Below the pieces are notes generated by a model that saw only the letters and a list, made by a program, of their open reading frames with translations, made no database searches and was not told the origin of the DNA. The translations under genes and the position numbers were made by a program. This document shows positions 40,016-48,992 of a stretch of DNA of 64,000 nt, in pieces (the stretch's first letter is position 1; each line of letters begins with the position of its first letter). The DNA comes from an uncultured virus (IMG/VR IMGVR_UViG_3300047323_000676) (Duplodnaviria; Heunggongvirae; Uroviricota; Caudoviricetes), in IMG/VR virus record IMGVR_UViG_3300047323_000676. The stretch is one strand, 5' to 3'.

Positions 40016-40354
40016 CTACATTTTTATAGATTTCTTTTTTACATTGTTAATTGGGAGATCTTTAACTATATCACGCATTTCAAACTTCTTTTGTATAATT
40101 TCGTTGATACTACAAAAAGCTTGAATAGTATCATGTTTTTCAATTTTATACTCAAATATCAAATAATCTAAACAAGCCTCAGAACCAACATATGCTGTTC
40201 TAAATGCAGTTTTTTCTTTTTCAATTTTATTATAATTAGAAAAATCTGAACTATTGAGTAAAATTTTGAATTTTTCTACATCATGTGCATCTACAGCAGA
40301 AGTAATACTTATATAAAAAATATTACGCTCTTCAATTTCTTTTTTTTCTGTCAT
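40016..40354 (-). CDS. Small helical paralog, family A
   Basis: YLIFEYKIEK; tail. Confidence 0.75.
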   Translation of the reverse strand: MTEKKEIEERNIFYISITSAVDAHDVEKFKILLNSSDFSNYNKIEKEKTAFRTAYVGSEACLDYLIFEYKIEKHDTIQAFCSINEIIQKKFEMRDIVKDLPINNVKKKSIKM

Positions 40355-40366
40355 ATTATATTCCGT

Positions 40367-40699
40367 TTATATCTTAACTTTATTTTTGATAGCTGAGTTT
40401 TTACTAATTTCCGCCATTAATTCTTGTAAAATAAATAATTTTTCTGAGGTAGTATTAATAATATCTTCTTCAACATCTGTTCGCTTAACTCCACGCTCTA
40501 TAATAAGATAATGTAAGTATTCGTATTTATCATCAACTAAAAATATTGATTTTGCATATTTATCATCATCAATTGAAGAAAATTTAGTATCCAATAAATT
40601 CTTAAATCCATCTAAATCATTTTTATTTATCATTTGGCATAATGTTCCCCAAAAAGTTAGAACATTAATCCCTGGTAGTGCGTTATCTTTTTTTTCCAT
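40367..40699 (-). CDS. Divergent family A paralog
   Basis: YLIIERGVKRT; tail. Confidence 0.7.
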   Translation of the reverse strand: MEKKDNALPGINVLTFWGTLCQMINKNDLDGFKNLLDTKFSSIDDDKYAKSIFLVDDKYEYLHYLIIERGVKRTDVEEDIINTTSEKLFILQELMAEISKNSAIKNKVKI

Positions 40700-40853
40700 A
40701 ATTATAATTTTTTTACATTAATTTAATTATAAACTATTTTTTATAACTTTAAAATTTTATTGGACTATGTAAAAAGTTACATTAAAACAATAGCTTAATT
40801 GATTAATTATACACTATTGATAAAATTAATATATAACAAATTTATGAACCACT

Positions 40854-41366
40854 ATGGATCTACAAAAAATTATTAATGAAGTTTCGAGAAATGATACATA
40901 TTTGAACTTATCTTCACATGCTCAGTTTGAAAATACAAAATTTATTACAGAATCATGGGAGGATAACAAAGGTAATCTTCATTACAAAACATATCATAAA
41001 GAATTAAAATATACTATGCATAGCAAAGAAGGAAGATTTCACAACATTCACGGTCCAGCAATTATAAAAGCAAATGGTGAACTTGAATGGTGGTATGAGG
41101 ATCAAAAAATTGCATCTGCATATGAAAAAAATGGAGTTTATAAGTTCTCAGATCTAACACCCGTAGATGAAGATATGATATATGGTCGTTTAGCTTCTTT
41201 AGAATTACTTACGATTTTAAGAGCAAGAGAAAGCTATGATAGAAAACTTTCAATAGAGGAAATACATTTTAGAGAGCATCACCAAAAACCTAATAATATA
41301 AAAGAAATTGTTGATAAAATGCGAGAGCAAAACTCAACAGAGAAAAAGAATTTCAAGCCTAAATGA
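40854..41366 (+). CDS. Hypothetical protein with H-x3-GPA motif
   Basis: GRFHNIHGPAIIKANGELEWW, a repeat unit common in phage proteins. Confidence 0.6.
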   Translation: MDLQKIINEVSRNDTYLNLSSHAQFENTKFITESWEDNKGNLHYKTYHKELKYTMHSKEGRFHNIHGPAIIKANGELEWWYEDQKIASAYEKNGVYKFSDLTPVDEDMIYGRLASLELLTILRARESYDRKLSIEEIHFREHHQKPNNIKEIVDKMREQNSTEKKNFKPK

Positions 41367-41386
41367 TGATTAAATTCTTTACAGTA

Positions 41387-41728
41387 TTAAATTTTTTCTA
41401 AAATATTATTTTTTTGATTCACAGCTAATGACTCCAACTCTATAACAATACTTCGTAAATTAAATAATTTTAACATATCCTCACTTAAAAAACGATTAAC
41501 TAATTCAGTTTTTTCAATTCTATAATCAAGGATAAGATATCGTATAAAACTTTCATTACTATCCATGTAAGCTGCTAAGAAAGCAGTATTAGATAGTTGT
41601 TTTCGGTCATAATGTGAATATTTTTGAGAAAACAACAATTCTTTAAAAAAGGGTAAATTATTTTCTTTACAAGCTTCAGCTAGTTTGTATTGTAAGCTTT
41701 GTTTAAACGATAAATCTTTGTTATTCAT
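41387..41728 (-). CDS. Family A/B intermediate paralog
   Basis: EACKENNL...YLILDYRIEKT; likely ATG at 41728. Confidence 0.7.
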   Translation of the reverse strand: MNNKDLSFKQSLQYKLAEACKENNLPFFKELLFSQKYSHYDRKQLSNTAFLAAYMDSNESFIRYLILDYRIEKTELVNRFLSEDMLKLFNLRSIVIELESLAVNQKNNILEKI

Positions 41729-41788
41729 AATGTGCAAAAGTTAATTTGCGGCAATATACCATAACAAATATATATGAGCAACAAATTA

Positions 41789-42238
41789 TTATAATTTCGT
41801 TTTTTTAGTTTTCATGTCTTCATTAAGAACAAGCTCTGAATTAAGCTCTCTAAGCATAAACATTGCAGCAACCTTTGGATCAGGATCTCGTTCTAACTCT
41901 TCAATGATTCGTGCTGTTTTCTCAATTTTCAAATCAAAAATGAGATAATTAAGTAGGTCATAATCTTTGTCAGCATAAATAGACCTAAATAAAAGATTAT
42001 TTTTATAATTGAGATCAGGTTTTTTAGAAAGATTTAGTGATGTTAAAAGATATTTCATTACATTAATTTTATTTATGAAATAAACCTCAATAACGGCTTG
42101 ATTAAGAATTCTGTTATCGGGATGAAATCTTGCTGTATTTGAATTTAATAAAGTAGTAGCTTTTTTTATATCCCCCTTAGTGCAAGCATTTAAAAAATCT
42201 TGATTAACGGAGTATTGAGTTACATGATAATTTGTCAT
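41789..42238 (-). CDS. Ankyrin-like paralog, family B
   Basis: FLNACTKGDI...YLIFDLKIEKT; tail. Confidence 0.75.
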   Translation of the reverse strand: MTNYHVTQYSVNQDFLNACTKGDIKKATTLLNSNTARFHPDNRILNQAVIEVYFINKINVMKYLLTSLNLSKKPDLNYKNNLLFRSIYADKDYDLLNYLIFDLKIEKTARIIEELERDPDPKVAAMFMLRELNSELVLNEDMKTKKTKL

Positions 42239-42338
42239 ATTTTTAAACGAGAAATTGATGTAACTAATATAGCATTTTAATTATTTATATTCAACAATAT
42301 TTATTATAGAGAGATCAATATAAAGAATCAATTATATT

Positions 42339-42794
42339 TTAAATTTTTACAAGCTTTTTTTCTTCTTTACAAACTGTTAAAATATTATTTAGTTCTTGAG
42401 CAAGAAGTAGTTTTTCTATAAAAGCATTCATGTATTGTTTTAGATGTTTTTCAACATTTTCGTTTCGTTCAATATTCATATCTTTTATGTAAAATGATAA
42501 AAGTTCATTATTGGAGTATATCAAAGCAAAGAAGAGAGGTAAGTCGTCCGCAGAATGAATGTTTGAATGCTCCTGCAAATCCGAGGAGCTTAATAAATAT
42601 TTCACTATTCTAGTATGATTATTCTTAGAAGCTGTAATAATGGCATCAATACCATCACTATCTTTATAATTAATTTGTGCATGAATAGGAAGCTGATTAG
42701 ATGTGAGTAAGAACTTTACTCGCTCTAAATCATTTAACTCACAAGCATTAATAAGTGCATCATTAAGCCGTCTTTGTAATAAATCCATTTCCAT
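42339..42794 (-). CDS. Ankyrin-like paralog, family B
   Basis: INACELNDLERVKFLLTS; tail. Confidence 0.75.
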   Translation of the reverse strand: MEMDLLQRRLNDALINACELNDLERVKFLLTSNQLPIHAQINYKDSDGIDAIITASKNNHTRIVKYLLSSSDLQEHSNIHSADDLPLFFALIYSNNELLSFYIKDMNIERNENVEKHLKQYMNAFIEKLLLAQELNNILTVCKEEKKLVKI

Positions 42795-42796
42795 AA

Positions 42797-43276
42797 TTAT
42801 AATTTTAGTCTGTTAGCATTCTTAAGGTTAGTATATAGGCCTTGATTCAATTCCCTAGCAGTAAATAATTTTTCAGCATAACTATCATCATCAAACATTT
42901 CAATTTTTTCTATAATAGATTTAGTTTTCACAATATTATATTCAAATATCAAAAAATGAATAAAATCCTTTTTTCCAGCCATTAAACAAAATGCAAAAGG
43001 TTTATCATCTTGAATATGAACATCAGCATGTTTTTTTAATTTCGGTGCAGACAATAAAAATTTTGCTACTGTATGACTAGAACTTGCTAAAGCCGCACAA
43101 AGACCAACTGAACCTTCTTCGGATTCTTTATTTATTTCAGCATTAAATTGTAATTGGTCAGAAGTTAAAAGATAATCGACTGTTTCTATATCATCTATTC
43201 TACATGCATCAATAAATATCTTATTTATTTCGTGTTGTGACAAATCTTTATAAATATCATATTTTGAATTTGGCAT
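42797..43276 (-). CDS. Ankyrin-like paralog, family B
   Basis: IDACRIDDIETVDYLLTS; close to 33244..33729. Confidence 0.75.
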   Translation of the reverse strand: MPNSKYDIYKDLSQHEINKIFIDACRIDDIETVDYLLTSDQLQFNAEINKESEEGSVGLCAALASSSHTVAKFLLSAPKLKKHADVHIQDDKPFAFCLMAGKKDFIHFLIFEYNIVKTKSIIEKIEMFDDDSYAEKLFTARELNQGLYTNLKNANRLKL

Positions 43277-43278
43277 AA

Positions 43279-43779
43279 TTAAACTTTTATAATTTCATTT
43301 TCTTCAATTATATCATTTTTTAATTCTAAGTTAAGATCTTCTTTTAATTCTCTACTTAAAAAAAGCTGTTCAGCATATCCACCTGCATAAAAAGTTACAA
43401 ACTTATGAACATATTTGGTTCTTTCTATATTCATATCAATAATTAAAAATCTTAACACCTCATCAAAGTGATGAGTAATAGCAATAATAAACAAAATATC
43501 TTCTTGCTCATGAATATCAGAATGTATTTTTAATTCAGAAGAAGATAGGAGATATTTAAATATTTTTAGATCTTCAAATCTAATTGCTTTAGTTGCAGGA
43601 CTATGACCGTTTTCGTTAACATAATTAATATCAGCTTTATAAAATAATTTCTTAGATGTTAAAAGATATTTTGTTGCATTAAAATCATTATTTGCACAGG
43701 CATCAATCAAAGCATCATTTATTTCTTGCTGATTTAAACCTTCGTATTTCTTATATTTTTTATGTTTTTTATAGTTCAT
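43279..43779 (-). CDS. Ankyrin-like paralog, family B
   Basis: IDACANNDFNATKYLLTS; likely ATG at 43779. Confidence 0.75.
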   Translation of the reverse strand: MNYKKHKKYKKYEGLNQQEINDALIDACANNDFNATKYLLTSKKLFYKADINYVNENGHSPATKAIRFEDLKIFKYLLSSSELKIHSDIHEQEDILFIIAITHHFDEVLRFLIIDMNIERTKYVHKFVTFYAGGYAEQLFLSRELKEDLNLELKNDIIEENEIIKV

Positions 43780-43863
43780 AATAAAAATTACTATTTTAAC
43801 AACATATAACGAATAGTTTTTTAATAGCAAGAAAGCTTAGAAATTATTCCATTGTAAACGAAT

Positions 43864-44331
43864 TTATATTTTTATTGATTTTTTTTGATTATTAGATTCA
43901 GGAAGCTCTTCAAAAAGGTCCCTTTGCAAAAATAGTTTTTCTGCATAAACATTTGGATAATTTTTTAGATAATCTATAATTTCAGCATTTTGTTGTAATT
44001 TCATTTCATTAATCAAAAATGAAATTTGTTCTTCTCTTTCATATAGGCAAGCAGTTTTAAAAATAATTTCATTACTTACATGAATATCAGCGTGAGTTTT
44101 AAGTAAAGGTGAGTTTAATATAAATTTCATTACTTCTAAATTATTATACAAACAGGCATTAATAAGACCTTGGTTTCTATCAGTGGACACATCTGCATTA
44201 AAGAGCAAATCTTCTGAGGTAAGTAAAAAATTAACAAGATTGATATTCCCTAACTTACATGCATTTACAAATTCTAAATTTATATCGTCTTGTGAAAAAT
44301 TTTTATATATTTTATTGTTTTCATTAATCAT
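43864..44331 (-). CDS. Ankyrin-like paralog, family B
   Basis: VNACKLGNINLVNFLLTS; tail. Confidence 0.75.
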   Translation of the reverse strand: MINENNKIYKNFSQDDINLEFVNACKLGNINLVNFLLTSEDLLFNADVSTDRNQGLINACLYNNLEVMKFILNSPLLKTHADIHVSNEIIFKTACLYEREEQISFLINEMKLQQNAEIIDYLKNYPNVYAEKLFLQRDLFEELPESNNQKKSIKI

Positions 44332-44384
44332 AGGGTTTCTAGATATATGTATTGTTTAATATACAACATTTAAGCAATAGTTGC

Positions 44385-44409
44385 AAAAAAAGCCTCTTAA
44401 TGAGGCTTT
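44385..44409 (-). terminator. Terminator after the tatA-like gene
   Basis: aaaaaaagcctc-ttaat-gaggcttt. Confidence 0.75.
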
Positions 44410-44412
44410 AGA

Positions 44413-44577
44413 TTATTTATCTTTTTCTTGATTAGGTTGTTCAGCTTTAACAGATTCTTTAAATCCCCTAATTGCTTCACCTAGTTCTTTACCTACATTT
44501 TTAAGTTTTCCGGTGCTAGCAACTAACAAAATGATAATCATTACAACTAGCCAGTGAGCAATACTCATTGTTCCCAT
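44413..44577 (-). CDS. tatA: TatA/TatE-family twin-arginine translocase subunit homolog (54 aa, not in track)
   Basis: MGTMSIAHWLVVMIIILLVASTGKLKNVGKELGEAIRGFKESV... aligns with proteobacterial TatA N-termini; GGAG SD. Confidence 0.8.
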   Translation of the reverse strand: MGTMSIAHWLVVMIIILLVASTGKLKNVGKELGEAIRGFKESVKAEQPNQEKDK

Positions 44578-44689
44578 AGTGTTCTCCAATAGTTAAATCA
44601 TGAATACATAATTACACATTCAACGAGGATGTCAACACTATAATTAAGGTAATTTTTCTTTTTCAATGATTAATCAGAAAAATCTTAAA

Positions 44690-44885
44690 GTTCCCACTTT
44701 ATTCACAAAGGTTAATCTATATCATTCTCACTTAAAATAAAGTAGGATAAACTTCATTCAAGAGTTAAATGTTTATAGAATAAATTCACAAATTCAAGTA
44801 AGTAGAATAACCCTGTGGATATCTTGTTAATATTTTAAGATATTTTATTGTGATGACACATATAGGCGAGTTTGTCCACCCCAAA
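44690..44885. other. Cluster of DnaA-box-like sites, possible replication origin
   Basis: TTATTCACA 44699, TGTGGATAT 44814, TTGTCCACC 44872, AAATTCACA 44782 in non-coding DNA. Confidence 0.35.
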
Positions 44886-45026
44886 ATTTTTAGGTAATAT
44901 CAAAAAGTGTCTCTAAAAATCAACAAAAAATGTTTCAAAAAAAATTTTTGTTTTTTTTCAGAAATTTGCTGTACATAAATAAATTTTAAGGTATAATGAT
45001 TACTCTAAACAGGGAGGTAACAAAAA

Positions 45027-45272
45027 ATGAACCAACACGATAAAGATAATCTGTATTTCCTGCTGTCTGCTTCACCAGAAGTTCTCAAAGATTGGTATGA
45101 TTCGGTTGACGAAGACGACCATCTTTATGCAAGTGAACTGCTTGCTGCATATAAGTTAGAATTAGCTGAAATCCAAGCTCAAAAAGAATTAGAAGATGGC
45201 TTTGAAGAACAAATCGCCGCCATGAACTCCTTCCCCCTAGTGCAATCCCTGTTGAGCAAGATGATTCATTAA
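45027..45272 (+). CDS. Small acidic phage-type hypothetical protein
   Basis: TATAAT upstream, GGGAGG SD, own terminator; codons visibly more C/G-ending than neighbours. Confidence 0.75.
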   Translation: MNQHDKDNLYFLLSASPEVLKDWYDSVDEDDHLYASELLAAYKLELAEIQAQKELEDGFEEQIAAMNSFPLVQSLLSKMIH

Positions 45273-45285
45273 TACCAAATAAAGA

Positions 45286-45313
45286 AAAAGTGACCCTTCG
45301 GGGTCATTTTTTT
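45286..45313 (+). terminator. Intrinsic terminator
   Basis: aaaagtgaccc-ttcg-gggtcatttttttt. Confidence 0.85.
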
Positions 45314-46204
45314 TATCTATCTTCTATAAAAAGACGAACAAAGACCTTAAAGAAATGCCTAAGCATCTTTAATTCAATAAATGGTGCTAATTAAATTTTA
45401 AAAAATAAGAATTGAATCGTAGAAGATTAACGATTCTGAAGAAGGCAATATATAAGTCAAATCCATCTATTGAAGAAGTGCAAAAATTGCTTAATTCTTC
45501 ACGAAATTCTATTTTATTAACTTACAACTTGTCTGTTGAAAAGATGCTAGGCAATGAATAATCAAGCATATATTTATTTATATACAATCTTTTTATATGT
45601 AAAAAATTATCAAATTATTCATAATCTGTTGCCGCTTACACTTCATGAAAAAGTTCTGTTATATAGATCATTCATGAAGGCAATAGGGATATTGTATAGC
45701 TAGGGTAAGCCACAGTCAAAGATATTGTTGATTGTCTGCAATAAGTGTTCGATATCTGCTGAAAAAGTTATATAGATACAAAGAAATTGTAGACTTACAG
45801 CAACACATCAGAAAATGACTTGGACACATTGCAACTTGTTACTAACGATTCAAGTTGAATCAGTTTCAATTATACATTCAAACATGATTTTCAGCAACTT
45901 TTCTAATGTAGATGATGATAAAGGACAACACTCATTTCCTACCTTCAATACAACTCTTTTTGCATTGTTTCATGTAGCAAAAAACTAATTTCATTTATTG
46001 CAATTATATTTTATTAATATTTAACTATAAACAACTAGTTAATACACCACTGTCACTTGTATTTATTTTTACTAAAGATACTAATAGTTTTAAAACAGTA
46101 GATCGATAAAGAATAGATAGATTTTAACTATTATAATTAAGTACAAAGTTAACTTTATTTTATATATTTAAATTTATCTATTGATCTTTATTATTGATTT
46201 TTAT

Positions 46205-46535
46205 ATGCCTTGAATGGCAAAGCTTTCCCTAAGAGAAAACTAAAAAAGCTTTCTGTGCTTCGCCATGCTGAAATGCCCCAGTAACGGCCTTGTTAAATTT
46301 AAGGTTCACAAGTCTCTAGTTCTAGCTCCTTAAAAGCTACACAGCCCGGTCTAGATTTAGCTTCGGTAATAGGTTGCTGTGATCCCATTGTACTATCTTC
46401 GGATTTTATTTATCCTTATTAACCATTAATTCCAACTTTTGCAATAAATAGCTATCTTTCACGATAGGTTGTCAGTTTTGTTTTGCTATTGCCTCAACAT
46501 CTGCATATTTGGTGGTTATCGTATCCCAATCGAGA
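46205..46535. ncRNA. Candidate structured non-coding RNA (family unidentified)
   Basis: ORF-free, locally GC-richer, several stems on the minus strand (CTATC-gtgaaa-GATAG; TAGCTT-ttaag-GAGCTA; TGGCGAAGC...GCTTTGCCA). Confidence 0.3.
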
Positions 46536-46766
46536 AAGAAAGAATAAAAACTAAAGTCTTATCTTTTTAATTGACGCATAAAATACGAAGGCGAGAATTT
46601 ACGGTGTTTTTTGTTCTGCGTCAATAATAATTTTTTGTGTAATCAAAATTTTAAAAAAATGTTTAAAGTGAACAACAATTTATGATTAAAAATATTTTTT
46701 AAATAAATTGAAATTAGGTTTATTTTTTGTATCTTATTAAATAGTTCATAAAAGGAAATTTAAAAA

Positions 46767-47912
46767 ATGATTGATTTAAACATATTAAAAGCTTTAGAAG
46801 AAGAGAAGAAAAGACAAGAATCTACAATTGAGTTAATTGCTAGTGAAAATTTTACAAGTCAGGATGTAATGTTTTTATGTGGTTCCGAATTTACAAATAA
46901 ATATGCAGAAGGACTACCTGGAAAAAGATATTATAATGGCTGTGAACATGTAGATGAAGTTGAAAATTTAGCGATTGATTATTTGACTAAATTATTTGGG
47001 TGTAAATTTGCAAATGTTCAACCACACAGCGGTGCTAATGCAAACTTCGCAGTATTTAAAGCTTTTTTAAAACCAGGTGATACAGTTGTAGGGATGGATT
47101 TAGCGAGTGGTGGGCATTTAAGCCACGGAGCACCTGTTAATGTCAGTGGTTCTTGGTTTAATTCTTTTAGTTATGGAGTAGATGCTAACGGATTATTAGA
47201 TTATGCAGCAATAGCTAAATTGGTTATAGAAAAAAAGCCTGTAATGTTAATTGCGGGTGCAAGTGCTTATAGCCAAGCAATTGATTGGAGAAGATTTAAA
47301 GAAATAGCGGATTTAGTTGGAGCATTACTAGTCGCTGATATTAGTCATTACAGTGGTTTAATTGTTGGCGGGGAGTATCCAAGCCCTTTTCCTTATGCAG
47401 ATGTAGTAACTAGCACAACACATAAAACTTTGAGAGGTCCTCGTGGTGGAGTAATTATGTGGAACAATGAAGGTTTTTCTAAAAAAATAAACAGTGCAGT
47501 ATTCCCTGGAACTCAAGGGGGGCCATTAATGCATATAATTGCCGGAAAAGCTCAATGTTTTTATGAAGCTCTACAGCCAGAGTTCAAAACATATGCGCAT
47601 CAAATAAAATTAAATGCACAAGCAATGGCAAAAGTTTTTAAAGAAAATAATGTTGATATTGTTAGTGGTGGAACAGCATCACATATGATGACAATAGACT
47701 TAAGAAAAGAAAAGTTTAGTGGTAGGGAATATGCAGACCTACTTGAAAAACATAACATTACAGTTAATAAGAATGGTGTTCCTAATGATCCAAGAAGTTT
47801 TGTTGAAACATCAGGAGTAAGAATAGGAGTTGCAGCAGAAACAACTAGAGGACACAAAGAAGATTGGTTTAAAGAATTAGCTCTTAAAATGGTAACACTT
47901 TTAAGGGAATAA
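46767..47912 (+). CDS. glyA: Serine hydroxymethyltransferase
   Basis: ELIASEN, NKYAEG, GGHLSHG, STTHKTLRGPRGG, FPGTQGGP. Confidence 0.95.
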   Translation: MIDLNILKALEEEKKRQESTIELIASENFTSQDVMFLCGSEFTNKYAEGLPGKRYYNGCEHVDEVENLAIDYLTKLFGCKFANVQPHSGANANFAVFKAFLKPGDTVVGMDLASGGHLSHGAPVNVSGSWFNSFSYGVDANGLLDYAAIAKLVIEKKPVMLIAGASAYSQAIDWRRFKEIADLVGALLVADISHYSGLIVGGEYPSPFPYADVVTSTTHKTLRGPRGGVIMWNNEGFSKKINSAVFPGTQGGPLMHIIAGKAQCFYEALQPEFKTYAHQIKLNAQAMAKVFKENNVDIVSGGTASHMMTIDLRKEKFSGREYADLLEKHNITVNKNGVPNDPRSFVETSGVRIGVAAETTRGHKEDWFKELALKMVTLLRE

Positions 47913-47915
47913 AAT

Positions 47916-47943
47916 AAAAAAGCCTCAAATGAGGCTTTTTTTT
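47916..47943. terminator. Bidirectional terminator
   Basis: aaaaaagcctc-aaat-gaggcttttttt. Confidence 0.85.
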
Positions 47944-48649
47944 ATAGAAACATTCCATTTATCTTAAGGTGTTTTAAACCTTCAGTGGCAGTCATTTTCA
48001 AACTTGTTCCCCAATATCTTTCATCAGTAAGCTCTGGGTTGATTTGAATATTTTGTCTTGAACCTACACGCCTTGATGGAATTATCATTTCTTCGCCAAT
48101 TACATTAAAAGATGTTCCAATTGCGATAATCGCATCATCAGCCATAACTGTCTTTCTCAAAATATGTAATTTCGCATATTCTGGTGCTTGTTCTTGGAAA
48201 AAGACAACATTAGGCTTGATAGCTCGCACACAACTACATCTCGGGCATTTTCTATGTTCGTTATAAAGTTCTAAACCAATATTCCAAATATGACCACAGC
48301 CATAACATTTCATCTCTTGAATATTTCCGTGTAGATGAATTACATTTTTACATCCTGCTCTTTCTAGTAAATCATCAATGTTTTGTGTATAAATAGCAAC
48401 TCTATCTATTCCTAAATCTTTCTGAATTTCAGCTATAATTTTGTGTGCTTCATTTGGTTGAGCATTCAGGATTTCTTTTTTTCTATTTGTATAGAAATCA
48501 AAAACTGCATCCAAGTTATTTTTATAAGTTAAAAAATTGCAAACCTGATTTAAATCATGATGCACCCAAGTTCCATCATTGCTATCTCGGAAAGTATTTA
48601 AACCACTTTCTTTAGATAGTCCTGCTCCAGTAAAAAAATAATATTTCAT
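47942..48649 (-). CDS. Sir2/CobB-family NAD-dependent deacylase
   Basis: TGAGLSKESG..TFR, TQNIDDLLERAG, HLHG, two CxxC, KPNVVFF, GTS. Confidence 0.9.
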   Translation of the reverse strand: MKYYFFTGAGLSKESGLNTFRDSNDGTWVHHDLNQVCNFLTYKNNLDAVFDFYTNRKKEILNAQPNEAHKIIAEIQKDLGIDRVAIYTQNIDDLLERAGCKNVIHLHGNIQEMKCYGCGHIWNIGLELYNEHRKCPRCSCVRAIKPNVVFFQEQAPEYAKLHILRKTVMADDAIIAIGTSFNVIGEEMIIPSRRVGSRQNIQINPELTDERYWGTSLKMTATEGLKHLKINGMFL

Positions 48650-48867
48650 AAGTTCCTTTGTAGAAATAGTGGTTGTTCCCTAAATTCTAAGGTTTGATTG
48701 TACTCGAAAATAACTAAAAAATCAATTTCTTGCCCATAAGAACTTTAAACTTAAAAGCATAAAATTTAGTTAAAATAGGATTATTTTAAGTCTAATGCTT
48801 CTTAAATAAATATATTAAAACCATTTAAAAATATAATATATTAAATAATTTTAATTAAAAAAGATGT

Positions 48868-48896
48868 TTGACAATAAATGGCATTTTGATTATTAT
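48868..48896 (+). promoter_or_regulatory. Sigma70-type promoter of nrdA
   Basis: TTGACA-N17-TATTAT. Confidence 0.65.
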
Positions 48897-48992
48897 TAAA
48901 AACCACCTTCCTAAAATTATTAAAATAAAACATTTTAGGAAAATCCTGTTAAATAAAATCCATTAACAGATGAACAAAATTAAGGAGTATTA

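Noticed and set aside
46540..46766. ZTP or glycine riboswitch upstream of glyA
   Set aside because: Consensus motifs were not found by eye; only an inverted repeat is present.
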